Shown: positions 37,687 through 48,300 of the stretch, piece after piece
How the letters are laid out: each line of letters begins with the position of its first letter
Numbering within the stretch: position 1 is the first letter of the stretch
Virus record (IMG/VR): IMGVR_UViG_3300036832_001166
Location: 61,433 to 125,432 of that record
From: a virus
Strand: one strand, 5' to 3'
DNA length: 64,000 nt
Position numbers and translations under genes: made by a program
Notes under the pieces: generated by a model
What the model was told of the DNA's origin: nothing
Seen by the model: the letters and a program-made list of their open reading frames with translations, nothing else
Databases searched by the model: none

Positions 37687-40600
37687 ATGATGATCAGAGA
37701 TGAGCTGAGGGACGCCGCCGTGGCGGTCGTCCAGGAACGCGCCGCCGCGGCGCTCGCAGACGCGGAGGAGCGTCACGTCCGCACCGAGTACATCGAGGCG
37801 TACCAGGTGGCGCACGTCCTCCAAGGGCGCGGGCTGCTCACACACCCCGACCAGGACAGCAAGAGCTGGACCCACAAGGAGGCTGCGCACCGGTCGATCG
37901 ACGGCAAGGCCAAGCGCCTGCTCGACGAGGCGGCCGCCGACGGGCGGATCCTGCGCTTCTCCTCCCGCGACGTCAAGGCGCTGCCCTGGCTGGACGGCTA
38001 CCCCCGGTCGCTGAGCGGCAACTCGGTTGGCTACACCACCCCCGAGCTGTATGAGGCCGCGCAGGCCGCCGTGGCCGCCCGCGAGGAGCGTGAGCGCCTG
38101 GAGCTGGAAGTCCTGACCGACCTGCTCGACCATGCCGACAGGCTCGGCATGCCCAAGCCGGTCAAGGCCAATCGGACGACCGTGACCTACGACGTCCACG
38201 GCCTGCACGACATCGTCCGGCTCCTGGAACCTGACCAGGCCTAACACAAGATTTGCGCTACACTGAGCGCACCACTACGCACCGACCGAGGAGGAAGCAA
38301 TGAGCAAGGTCATGGGCGCCGACACCGTCATCGCCCTCAACAAGACAGCCGTCCGCAAGAAGTACAACCGCACGCTGAGCAGCAAGTTCATCGAGCGGCT
38401 CGCCGACGACGGCGTCAACATCGTCGTCACGCACCTGCTACACGGCGACGGCGAGTATGTCCGCACGCTGACGATGTTCAAGCTCGCCGACCGCGACGAG
38501 CCCGTCGAGGGCTGGCTCGACGTCAGCCTGGAGGACTTCAACCGGCTCGCTGACGTCGAGCGCCAGCCCGACGGCCAGTACACCGTCAAGGCGGCGACGT
38601 GACCCCCGACGAGGATCTGATCCGCGCCGAGATCGACGCCTACCGCGCCGAGGCACGCGCGTTCCGCGCCGAGACAGCAGCCCACCGCGCCGAGGTTCGC
38701 GCCTTGGCCGGGGAGATGGTCGCGTGGCGCGAGCGGTTGGAAGCGCACCTCAACCGTCAGGACGAGGACATCGCCACGATCATCCGCACCCTCATGGAGA
38801 TGCGAGGCGACGGCGGCGGTGCGCAGTGAGGGTCGTGACGCACATCCGCCACGACGGCGGCATCCGCTACGGCAACAGTCAGGGCACGCACGCGTGGTGC
38901 GGGCTGCGGATCGACATCCGCCCCTGGATCACCGTCGAGGACGCCCACGTGCGCAGCGGCCGCGGGCTCGACAGGAACGTGTGCGGCAACTGCAAGGCGG
39001 CGCTGAAGAGGGGCACCGCGAGGGCGGTGACCGGCCAATGACGGCGAGCCCTGCCGCGGCCGCAGGAGTCTCCCGGGCGCTCGACCGCGCAGGCCTGAAG
39101 CGCGCTCGCGAGATCCAGAAGGGCGTCGAGCTTCAGGGCTACTACGCCAGCCCGGCGGGCGACCACGTGCGCGTCGAGTACGTGCCCGGACCGCTTGTTG
39201 ACGAGGACGCAGCACCTGGCGTTACCGCAGACGGCCTTCAGCGCTGCCAGGCAGCGCTGACCGAGAAATACGACGTGCAGCAGAGCACAGCGATGCTCGC
39301 CTATCCCGGCGAGATGCGTGCGGGACAGGTACTTGAGGTCCGCAGCTCGCGTTGGGAGCAGCGCGGCGAGGACGGTGCGTCGTGAGGATCGCCCTGGGCA
39401 CCGTCGAGCTGAGCCTCCGCCAACGCGCGGCGATCGGGTTCTACTACGGCACCGCGATCGCCTCCCGCGACACCTGCCGCCACTTCATCATCGGCAACGG
39501 GCTGGGAGCCATCGACGACCAGATGGCGACGCTCGACGCCTGGGAGGAGCAGTACGGCCCCTGGCGCGGAGACGCCACGCACCCCCGAGGAGGAGGAGAA
39601 CAACCATGCTGACCGATGACCAGCGCGCTGCCCGTGAGCTGGGCGTAGAGCGTGTCGCCGGGCCGTACTTTCTCGATGCGAGATCCGTCGAGCTGAAGCG
39701 GGCGAAGGCTCTGCTTGATCGCGCGGGCGTTCCCTACGTAGATCTGGGGTGGGAGAAGGGCACCCGCGCGCTCTACGTGCCTGAGGGCTCGGACCTGTCC
39801 GGAGTGTTCGCATGAGCGTCAGGATCCTGACCGGTCACGAGCAGGGCGACAGCGGCTACGAGACCGCGCTCGCGTGTCTGTTTGACAGCGTGACCGGCTG
39901 GGCGTTCGGCCCGGTGTTCCGCCGCGGCGAGGACGGCGAGTCGCCCGAGGACGCAGCGCAGGCGTTCCTTGACTGGTTGCCTGAGGACGCCCGCACAATC
40001 CCCGCGCGCGAGCTGGAGGAGCTGTACGGCCGCTGGCTGAACGAGCGCTGAAGCCCGTTTGACCCGGCCGACCCGGCCGGATTTACGCTGGCCTTATGTG
40101 GCGGATCCTTGCGGATCCTTTGTGTGGGCGCCGCGGAGGGCGGCAGTAAGGTTGGCGCGTGAGCGACTACTTCGAACGCGTCGTCATCCCCGACCCCGTC
40201 GAGCCGCCATGCCCCGCCGCTGCCCTGGTGTCGGAAGCGGCTGGGGGCACCGGCTGCGTCTGCCGCATCACTCGGAACCTGATCGACAGCCGACGGAACC
40301 CTTCGACACTGCGGGCCTACTGCTTCAGCTCGGACGGCTATCGGACGTGCCCCACGTGGCGCGCCGACCGCGAGGAGCTGTGGCGCAGCAAGACGATCCG
40401 CGACCTGCTGAACCGGAAGGGCGATCTGGTCTCCGGACACCCGGAGGATCTTCAGCGGACGCAGGGACTGGCGCTGGCGACCGAGGCACAGGAGCGCGAG
40501 GCATGGCTACTGCAACGCGAGCGCGAGCGCTAGCCACGCACGTGTACGTGACCGACGAGGTTGCCTTGCTGTACGTCCTGGAGATCGGCGCGCCGGACGC

Positions 40601-40697
40601 CGCCGTAGTCGAGAACGCCCTCACCGGCGACGTCACCCGGATGAGAGCGTCCGCCTTGCGCGAGTGGCGCGTCGTCACCCCGCGGGAGGGCGACTGA
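37687..40697 (+). other. About ten small hypothetical genes (37687-38244, 38300-38602, 38599-38829, 38826-39041, 39038-39385, 39382-39612, 39606-39815, 39812-40051, 40159-40533, ~40548-40697)
   Basis: Coupled starts and stops; RBS motifs; no recognisable family. Confidence 0.7.
38242..38260 (+). promoter_or_regulatory. Degenerate operator/extended -10 promoter
   Basis: TAACACAA-GAT-TTGCGCTA + CACT, then CCGACCGAGGAG at 38282. Confidence 0.6.
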
Positions 40698-41223
40698 CGT
40701 GCGGGCAGACGCCGAGCATCGCGATGGCGGCGTTGCAGTTCCAGCACAGCAACCGGTACTCCTGTGGCCAGCCCTGACGCTTGAGCAGGGCACAGAGCTT
40801 GTCTGGGGACAGGCGCCCGCTGCGGTGTCTGGCGTTCCGGTGCTCGTCCGGCACTCCGTTCGGATGGTCGAGGCAGAGGAACACCGGCTCGCTCTCGCCG
40901 CAGCAGGCGCACCGGCCACCGTACGCGGCGATCATCTCCGCGCGGAACCGCTGCCGATGCTCGCGCCCGTGCCGCGCTCCGTGGATCGCTGCGGAAGCAT
41001 TGACGGCGGCGCGCTGGTGATCTCGACAGTAGGTCTGCTTGCCGTCCTTGCGCTTCTCATTGGGACCGAAGTCAGCGAGCGGCCGCTCCGCGCCACACCG
41101 CGCGCACCACTTGTAGCCAGGCTGCGCAGGATGGCGACGGCCGTGACCGCGCAGGTACTTGCCGGTGCGCGTCGTCCCGCCGCATCCGCAGGCGCATGGA
41201 AGCTCAACGATTGGAAGAGGCAT
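40675..41223 (-). CDS. HNH endonuclease
   Basis: CACGCG, KWCARC...FG...KDGKQTYC, YGGRCACCGE...LCLDH...LLCWNCN. Confidence 0.8.
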   Translation of the reverse strand: MPLPIVELPCACGCGGTTRTGKYLRGHGRRHPAQPGYKWCARCGAERPLADFGPNEKRKDGKQTYCRDHQRAAVNASAAIHGARHGREHRQRFRAEMIAAYGGRCACCGESEPVFLCLDHPNGVPDEHRNARHRSGRLSPDKLCALLKRQGWPQEYRLLCWNCNAAIAMLGVCPHVSRPPAG

Positions 41224-41248
41224 AGTCTGAATCGTACAGGGGTGAGCC

Positions 41249-43315
41249 GTGGCACGTGAATGGGTGACCCGGCTGCAAGAGGCCGCCGAGGTGCGGACAG
41301 GCAAGAAAGTCGTGGATACCGACTACATCGAGCTGCTTGAGGCAAGCGATGTGGAACGGAGGTCCATGCAGAAAGAGCTGGACCTCTTAGGGTGGTATGT
41401 ATTAGACTATATTGGAGGCCAGCCTCAGGAGGTCAAGCCCCAGGAGCGGCGCCGGATGGCCGCTCAAGCCCGGATGGTGTGGGTGCAGGATCCGGTCGCC
41501 GGGGCGAACGTCGAGCTGTCCTGCAACTTCATCTTCGGCCGCGGCGTCCCCAAGCCGAAGGCCGCCGACGAGAAGGTGCAGGAGGTCATCGACGAGGCGT
41601 GGGATGACCCGGACAACAAGGCGGTCCTGACCACCTATCCGGCGCAGGTGGCGCTCTGCACCGACCTGGTGCTGCAGTCCAACCTGTTCCTGCTGTTCTT
41701 CCAGGGCGACGACGGCAAGGTCAAGCTCGGCCTGCTCGACCACGACTCCGTCGAGGACGTCGTCCGCGACTCCAACAACCGGCTGCGCGTCCTGTACTAC
41801 GTCGCCCGGCGCCGCGTCTACGGCTGGGACTTCGAGAATGACCGCCCGTCGATCAAATCTCAGATGGACCAGCAGGACCCCAGCAAGCCGCGCGTCCAGT
41901 ACTACCAGGCGCTCGCCGCCACCGACACCGAGACCGGCGAGCTGGACACCGAGGATGACCCGTGCCCGCCTAACAAGCTCGCCGAGGGGCTCGTCTACCA
42001 CATTGCGATCAACCGCGGCTCCGAGCAGGTGTTCGGCGTCCCGGCGATGCGCCGACTCGTGAAGTGGATGGCGGCCCTGAACGATTTCATGGCGGCGCGC
42101 GTGGACCTGACGCAGGCCGCGGCCGCGTTCATCATGCGCCGGTCGGTGAAGGGCTCGCCGCAGCAGGTGGCGAACATCGCGGCCAAGGCCATCTCCCGCC
42201 GCTCCAACCTGGCCGCCACCTCGGTCGACGATCCGACGATGGGGCTCGTCCAGGCGGGCCCGCGGCCCGGCTCGATCCTGAACGACTCCGACTCGGTCAC
42301 GACGCAGCCGTTCACCGTCCCGACGCAGGCGCCGCAGGCGGCGCAGGACGCGCAGATGATCCGCTCTCAGATCAGCGCTGCGACGTGGCCGCAGCACTAT
42401 CTCGGCGACCAGTCCAACGCGAACCTGGCGACAGCGACCGCGCTGGAGCTGCCGGTCGTCAAGAAGGTCGAGGCGTTCCAGGAACTCTTCGAGGGCCTGT
42501 TCCGCACGTTCATCGACCGGTCCATCCAGCAGGCCGTCGACAACGGCAAGCTGCCGACGTCGCTGACGCCGGAGGAGCGCGCCCGGCTGAAGTCCAAGAA
42601 GCCGGAGAACCAGGTGCCGGGCGCGCCGGGGATCACGCCGCCCGCCGCGCCGATCCAGACCGAGCCGCCGGAGTCACAGACCGAGCCGAGCACCAACGGT
42701 GCCGGGCCGACCGCGTTGAGCGCGGGCTACGAGGGTCAGACCGAGGACGAGGAGGACACGGAGCGGGATCTCTCGTACGAGTTCTCGATGCCGAGCGCGC
42801 TGAAGCGTCAGATGGCCGATTTGATCAACTCGATCGCGAACATTGCTCGCACCTTCGATCCGAACAACACCAACGTCGAACTCTCCCGCACCTTGCTGGG
42901 CGTCGCGCTCGGCCAGGGCCTGGAGCTGGCCGACCCGGCGGCCGCCGTCGAGCGGATCCTGCCCGAGGGCTACGTCGACCCGATGCTCGCCGCGCAGATG
43001 CAGGCTGCTGGTGGCGCGGCGCCGCCTGGCGCTCCGCCCGGTGGACCGCCGCCGCTGCTGCCGGATCAGCCGAATATGTTCGGGCCCGGCGGCCCGGCGC
43101 CCGGTGAGGGTCCAACGCCTGGTCAGGGCCCTGACGGTGAGCAGAACCCCTACGGCGCTCAAGGCTTCTCCAGCGAGTACCAGGGCAGCCAGGGCCAGAT
43201 GAATCAGGCGTCCGAGCGCCAGGGGACGCTGGAGGCCTTGCTGGAGCAGGAGCTGGGCGAGATCGTCGACGGGCTGCTGGCCGACCCAGCCGTGAACGGC
43301 GACGGCGGCGGATAG
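41249..43315 (+). CDS. Portal protein with Pro/Gly/Gln-rich C-terminal extension
   Basis: About 690 aa between terminase and MuF-like gene; DPVAGANV...FIFGRG, NRGSEQVFGVPAMRRLVKW, PQHYLGD.SNANLATA. Confidence 0.75.
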   Translation: MAREWVTRLQEAAEVRTGKKVVDTDYIELLEASDVERRSMQKELDLLGWYVLDYIGGQPQEVKPQERRRMAAQARMVWVQDPVAGANVELSCNFIFGRGVPKPKAADEKVQEVIDEAWDDPDNKAVLTTYPAQVALCTDLVLQSNLFLLFFQGDDGKVKLGLLDHDSVEDVVRDSNNRLRVLYYVARRRVYGWDFENDRPSIKSQMDQQDPSKPRVQYYQALAATDTETGELDTEDDPCPPNKLAEGLVYHIAINRGSEQVFGVPAMRRLVKWMAALNDFMAARVDLTQAAAAFIMRRSVKGSPQQVANIAAKAISRRSNLAATSVDDPTMGLVQAGPRPGSILNDSDSVTTQPFTVPTQAPQAAQDAQMIRSQISAATWPQHYLGDQSNANLATATALELPVVKKVEAFQELFEGLFRTFIDRSIQQAVDNGKLPTSLTPEERARLKSKKPENQVPGAPGITPPAAPIQTEPPESQTEPSTNGAGPTALSAGYEGQTEDEEDTERDLSYEFSMPSALKRQMADLINSIANIARTFDPNNTNVELSRTLLGVALGQGLELADPAAAVERILPEGYVDPMLAAQMQAAGGAAPPGAPPGGPPPLLPDQPNMFGPGGPAPGEGPTPGQGPDGEQNPYGAQGFSSEYQGSQGQMNQASERQGTLEALLEQELGEIVDGLLADPAVNGDGGG

Positions 43316-43325
43316 TCCGCCCGAG

Positions 43326-43351
43326 GGGCCGCCCCCGCGTGGGGGACGGCC
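43326..43351. terminator. Hairpin between the convergent portal and moron genes
   Basis: GGGCCGCCCCC-gcgt-GGGGGACGGCCC inverted repeat. Confidence 0.65.
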
Positions 43352-43367
43352 CTGTGGGGACAGGCGG

Positions 43368-45068
43368 TTAGCGAACGACGCTGGCCCGCACGCGCACCAC
43401 GCGGCGGTTGAGCATCACACGCAGGACGTGCCCGCGATGCACCTGGCGCGTCGCCCGAGCGACGATCACGCCGTGAGCGGACAGCTCACGCAGCGCGACC
43501 CGGCACACCTCGGCGTTGCCGCGGATCCGGAGCAGCAGCTCCGGGCGCAGCACGCCGTTGACGCGCACCAGGATCACGCGAGCGATCACGACGCACTTGT
43601 TGCCGTGAGCGATCGGCTCAACGACCGGCGTTGGCGTCACCGTGATCGGCGGCGTTGACGTCGGCAGCGTGGTCGGCGCCGTGGTGGTGGCACCGGTGCC
43701 CGACCCGATCACCGGAGCGGTCGTGGCCGTGCCGGTGGTGGCGTTGGTGAACGACGCCTCGGTCACGCCCGTGCCGACGAGAACCTTGAGCAGTCGCCCG
43801 CCCAGGTCGGCTGAGACCAGATCGGCCGCCGGGTCAGACGCCTCGGCGATCACGGACAGCCCGGCGGTCGCGGCCTCCTGGACCGACACTGTCGAGTTGA
43901 ACGCGAACTTGCCCGCGATGGCGCAGTAGCCCGCTGGCACGTCGAGGTTCTGGGTGCCGTTGATCACGAAGTGGAACACCTGGCCCACCGTGACACCGAC
44001 GCCCGCGTTCTTGCAGACCTTCAGGAGCTGGTCAGAGACCACCTGATCGGTGTAGGACACGACCGTCTCGCCCGAGCCGAGGATGACCGACACCTTGCGG
44101 TTGGGCAGGTCGATCGAGCCCGGCACCTGGCGGTTGTTTGACACGTCGATGGCGGACACGTCGGTCCCGGGGGTGATGCCCTCCTGGATGTCGACGCGCG
44201 TCCCGCCGGAGAACGGCGTCTGCACCAGCGCGCAGCCGCCCGGAGCGGCCTGCGCGACGGCCGAGACCGTCTGGCCGTTGGCGGTGAAGCTGAACACCGT
44301 CCCGACCAGCGACGGGGTTCCGGCGATCTTGCAGATCTTCAGCCGCGACGTCGAGTTCACGAACGTCTCGATCGTCTCGTTGTTGACGTCTGCGCCCGGC
44401 GCGATCCGCACCTGGCTGGTACCGGCGGACAGGTTGTCGGTGATCAGATCGCCTGCGTTGACCGTGGACACGCTGACCACGTCGGTGTCGTTGGCGCCGA
44501 TCTCATCGACCTCGATGTTCCCGGCGGGCACGCGAAGCGAGTTGGTGCATGCTCCCACGGGAACGCTGACCGTCTGGCTGAAGCCAAACGGCCCGGTGAT
44601 CTTGAACGAGAACGAGCCGGTCAGGCCCGACCCGGTCTGCGCCGACTTGCAGATCTCCAGATGGCCGAACTGCGCCTGGTTGGTGACCTCAAGCGTGGTG
44701 GTGTTGCTCACATCCCCCGCCGGGACGCTCACGACCGCCGAACGGTTCGCCAGGCTCGACGAGATAAGCCGGTCAGCCGGGATCGTGTCCACCGCGGTCT
44801 GGGCCGAGGCGGCCGTCCCGGACTCGACGATGCTGTGGTTGCCCGCCGCCACCTGCAGCGGCGCCGAACACCCGCCCGAGTTGACACTGACCGACGGCCC
44901 GTTATCGACCGAGAACGCAAACGGGCCCGACACCGGGTCCACCGACGTCGACTTCTTACAGATCTCCAGGTAGCCCGTCTGGGCCACCGTGGCCGAGGCG
45001 AGCGCGGGAAATACCGCGAATGCCAGCGCGATCAATGTCGCGCAGCCCAACAGTGCTGCTTTCTTCAT
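43368..45068 (-). CDS. Secreted protein with four Cys-bridged Ig/prealbumin-like repeats (moron)
   Basis: Signal peptide MKKAALLGCATLIALAFAVFPALA; repeats GYLEICK, GHLEICK, SRLKICK, QLLKVCK, each with a second Cys (SGGCS, VGACT, PGGCA, AGYCA); Thr/Pro linker; opposite strand to the structural genes. Confidence 0.8.
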   Translation of the reverse strand: MKKAALLGCATLIALAFAVFPALASATVAQTGYLEICKKSTSVDPVSGPFAFSVDNGPSVSVNSGGCSAPLQVAAGNHSIVESGTAASAQTAVDTIPADRLISSSLANRSAVVSVPAGDVSNTTTLEVTNQAQFGHLEICKSAQTGSGLTGSFSFKITGPFGFSQTVSVPVGACTNSLRVPAGNIEVDEIGANDTDVVSVSTVNAGDLITDNLSAGTSQVRIAPGADVNNETIETFVNSTSRLKICKIAGTPSLVGTVFSFTANGQTVSAVAQAAPGGCALVQTPFSGGTRVDIQEGITPGTDVSAIDVSNNRQVPGSIDLPNRKVSVILGSGETVVSYTDQVVSDQLLKVCKNAGVGVTVGQVFHFVINGTQNLDVPAGYCAIAGKFAFNSTVSVQEAATAGLSVIAEASDPAADLVSADLGGRLLKVLVGTGVTEASFTNATTGTATTAPVIGSGTGATTTAPTTLPTSTPPITVTPTPVVEPIAHGNKCVVIARVILVRVNGVLRPELLLRIRGNAEVCRVALRELSAHGVIVARATRQVHRGHVLRVMLNRRVVRVRASVVR

Positions 45069-45349
45069 GGTTCCCTCTCGGGTTGACGTAGGAAATGTGC
45101 TGCTCTGACAGCGGTTCTGCTAACGACCCAGACTGCCCCCTTTCCCCATTGCGACCCTGTCTCACCCCCTTGTAACGCCCGGCCCCACCGAAAGATGGTC
45201 TTTCTGGCGCGAGCAGCGCGAAAAGAGTCGCAATTTCCGCCGTTTCTCTGACGCCTGATCTGCCGCAGCGCGATTATCGTCCGTCCTCTTTCGTTGCTGT
45301 CAGGTCTGGTTTGCGCTAGCCGCTTGGTTCGCCCGTAGGCTGGGTTGCG

Positions 45350-48300
45350 ATGGCCGTCGCAGACCCGCAGCCGCCGGAACAGCAGCTTCATCCGGACGCG
45401 CAGCGGATCATCACCGCGGCGCAGACCGGCGCGGCGATCAGCACTGGCGGACAGGTTGCGAAGGCGGCGACCGTAGGTCCGGCGATCGCGGCGTCAGCAC
45501 CCGCGGTCGCCGCGGGCAAGATCGTATCGGCGGGCGTCGAGACCGCGGAGTTCGGCATCAAGGTCGCGCTCGCGCTCCGGATCCTGCGCAAGCTGTTCAA
45601 AGGCCACAAGATGGAGTCGGCGACGTGGCTGGAGAACGAGCTGCGCCGACGCTTCCCGAACGCTGACCCGGCCGTGATCCGCGCGGCGGTGCAGCGCGAG
45701 ATGCAGTTTGAGCAGGCGTTCCAGCGCAAGGCGCTGGCGCGGACCGAGCGTGACATGCACGCCGCCGGGCAGCTCCCGACGCCGCAGGCGCGCGCCAAGC
45801 GTGCCGGGGAGATCATCGCCCGCGAGAAGCACTACAACGCGCTGCGCGAGCAGGCGCTGCTGAACCGGGCGATCGCGCACGTGGAGAACGCCGGGGTCAA
45901 GGCCGTCTCGCCGGACGGCGCGAGGTGGGTGCTGGGCCAGCGCAAGAATCACACGCTCGGCTGCCTGGCGCTGGCCGGGAAGAACTGGCCGTGGGAGGTG
46001 CTCGACACGATCCCGCCGCCGCTGCACACCGGCTGCGGCTGCAGCCTTCAGCCACTGAAGCCCGGCGACACGGTGCCGCCGGTGGCGGACGCGATACGCG
46101 CCGCACGCGCGGCGATGGCGCTGGAGGAGGCCGTCCGCAGCGTCGCTGACGCCGGGGAGATCGACGCCTACCTAGCGGGCCAACCCGCCCGGCCGAGCGT
46201 CTCCAGGGCCCTGGAAATGCTCCAGGAGGCCCGCTACGACGAGGTACTCCACCCACGCGGCCGCGGCGGCCGATGGATCGAGAAGCTCGGCAAGGCGAAG
46301 CTGAAGGTCAAGCCGACCTACGAGGAGCAGGGCGGGTTCACCGGCAAGCGGCTGACCAAGCCTCAGGTGCAGTCGGTCGTGCGCCGCGTGGCGGAGGGAG
46401 TGGTCGACTTCTACGGCGGCGACAAGAAGGCGGTCAACGCCAACTACGACCAGGAGTACACGGCGACCAAGGGCGTCGACGCGCAGTTCCGCCACCCAGA
46501 GGAGGTCTTCCCCGGGATCGCCTACGGCCAGAACGTGGCCGACAAGATCCGCGAGCCCGACATGGGGCTGATCGGCCTGCGGCAGATCGCGCATGAGGCG
46601 GCGCACTCGCTGTCGGGCAACCGGCCTGGACCGCTGCCCGGATTCGCGCAGCATTTTGAGGAGGGCGGCGCGGAGATCCTGTCGATCTGGTTCTGGCATC
46701 ACCGGATGCAGGAGCTTGACCATCGCGACGCGGTCCGCGCGGGCAGCAAGTGGACGGCGCCGGGCGCCGAGACGCTGGCGCACAGCGTGGTCTACCGCAA
46801 CTGGACCGAGGAGTTGATGCGCCGGGCGGCGAGCAAGGTCGGCTGGGACCGCATCGCGATCGTGGATGAGGTGGAGCGCGTGATGCGCGGCGACCACACC
46901 GTCCGGCTGCACTTCCGTGACGAGACCGACCCGAGCTTCGACCTGCCGAAGGATCTGCCCGACGTCGCGAAGGGTGATCACCGCGGCGATGAGGAGGGCG
47001 ACAACGCCGTCGCGCTGATGAAGTGGCTGGTCGACGATGCGGGCGAGCTGCGGGAAGCGGAGTTCACCGAGCGGCTGCATCCGCGCGACCGGCTCGGCAA
47101 GTTCAGCGAGACGCTGCACCGGCTGCACACGATCACGCGCCAGGACGTCGAGGCGGGCCGCGCTCCCGGTCTGAGCGTGTCCGGTGATCTCAGCCCCGGC
47201 GTCGCCGGTCACGCTGGGATTGGCGGGAAGGGGATCCGGCTCAGCCCAAGCTCGTTCGACAAGGAGGGCCGCGTCAGCTCGGCGCTCGTCGCTCACGAGG
47301 CGGGGCACTATCTCGTCAACGACATCATCAAGGACGGCAAGGTCCCCGACGCGCTGGAGCATTACCGCGCCGGATACGGTTACGCCGGTGGCCGCTACCG
47401 GGGCGCTGGGCAGACGATCCTGTTCCGCAACCCGTGGAAGGCGGACGAGGGCGACCGGCCCGAGGAGATGCTCGCGGACGCCTACAGCGCGCTGTTGCAC
47501 GGCGAGAACGAGTTCAGTTACACGCCTGGGCTCGACGGGCCCGACGACCCCGAGTCGCGCGAGCAGGCACGCCAGGAGTTCGAGGCCAGTCCGAAGCACA
47601 AGCTGCTGGACGTCGTAGCGAAGGCGGCGCGCGACGCGGGCTGGCCGGACAAGGCCTTGTACCGGTGGGAGGCCAGCGGCCCGATGTCCAACCGCCAGTA
47701 CCAGCTCAAACTCCGCGAGGCGCACTGGACCGAGTGGCTGCATCCACGCGGCCGCGGCGGAGCGTGGGTCGACGCGATCCACCACGAGATCAAGGAGCCC
47801 AAGGCCGAGGAGCCGCACGAGGGCTTCACCGGCGAGGACTTCGCCCGGGCGATGGACGGCTTTGAGCACGGCGGGATCGTGGCGGTCCGCGCCAACCGCA
47901 CGCAGGTTCAAAACCTGTACGGCGAGGTGTGGCTGAACCTGCAGCGGCCGAGCGAGCCGCGGCCGGTCGGGCTGGCGCGCGTGATCGTCAAGCCGCCGAA
48001 CCACCGTGGCGAGCGCGTCGCGGAGCTGGCGAACATCTACCTGCACGAGGATCAGCAGAGCCAGGGGTTTGGCCGGGCGTTCACCGACCATCTGCTCAGC
48101 ACGCTGCGCGACGGCGGCGTGGACCGCATCAACGTCGAGGCGGTGTCCGTCGGCGGCTACGCGTGGGCGCGCCGCGGGTTCGTGTGGACGGCCGACAAGA
48201 AGGCCGAGCAGCAGCGGATCGTTGCCGACGCGAAGACCGACGGCCGCTGGTCAGAGATCGCCCGGCACACGCTACCGGCGGCGCTGGCCGAGTTTGAGCG

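Larger units (their letters stand above)
24079..38293. repeat. Dispersed start-associated sequence CCGACCGAGGAG (about 19 copies window-wide; densest here)
   Basis: Copies or near-copies at 13507(-), 15757(-), 20099(-), 24079(-), 24287(-), 25022(-), 25102, 26205, 30351, 31114, 31528, 32075, 32518, 34487, 34977, 36255, 38282, 60358, 63224; nearly all lie 3-12 nt before a start codon. Confidence 0.85.

Noticed and set aside
40699-41259. Plus-strand 186-aa ORF
   Set aside because: It is the shadow of the minus-strand HNH gene, which has clear family motifs.
45131-45140. Cobalamin riboswitch (GACTGCCCCC)
   Set aside because: The following GCAACTGT and the upstream core are absent, and the motif is on the wrong strand for the adjacent moron. 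A weak c-di-AMP-like resemblance on the minus strand was also too degenerate to call.
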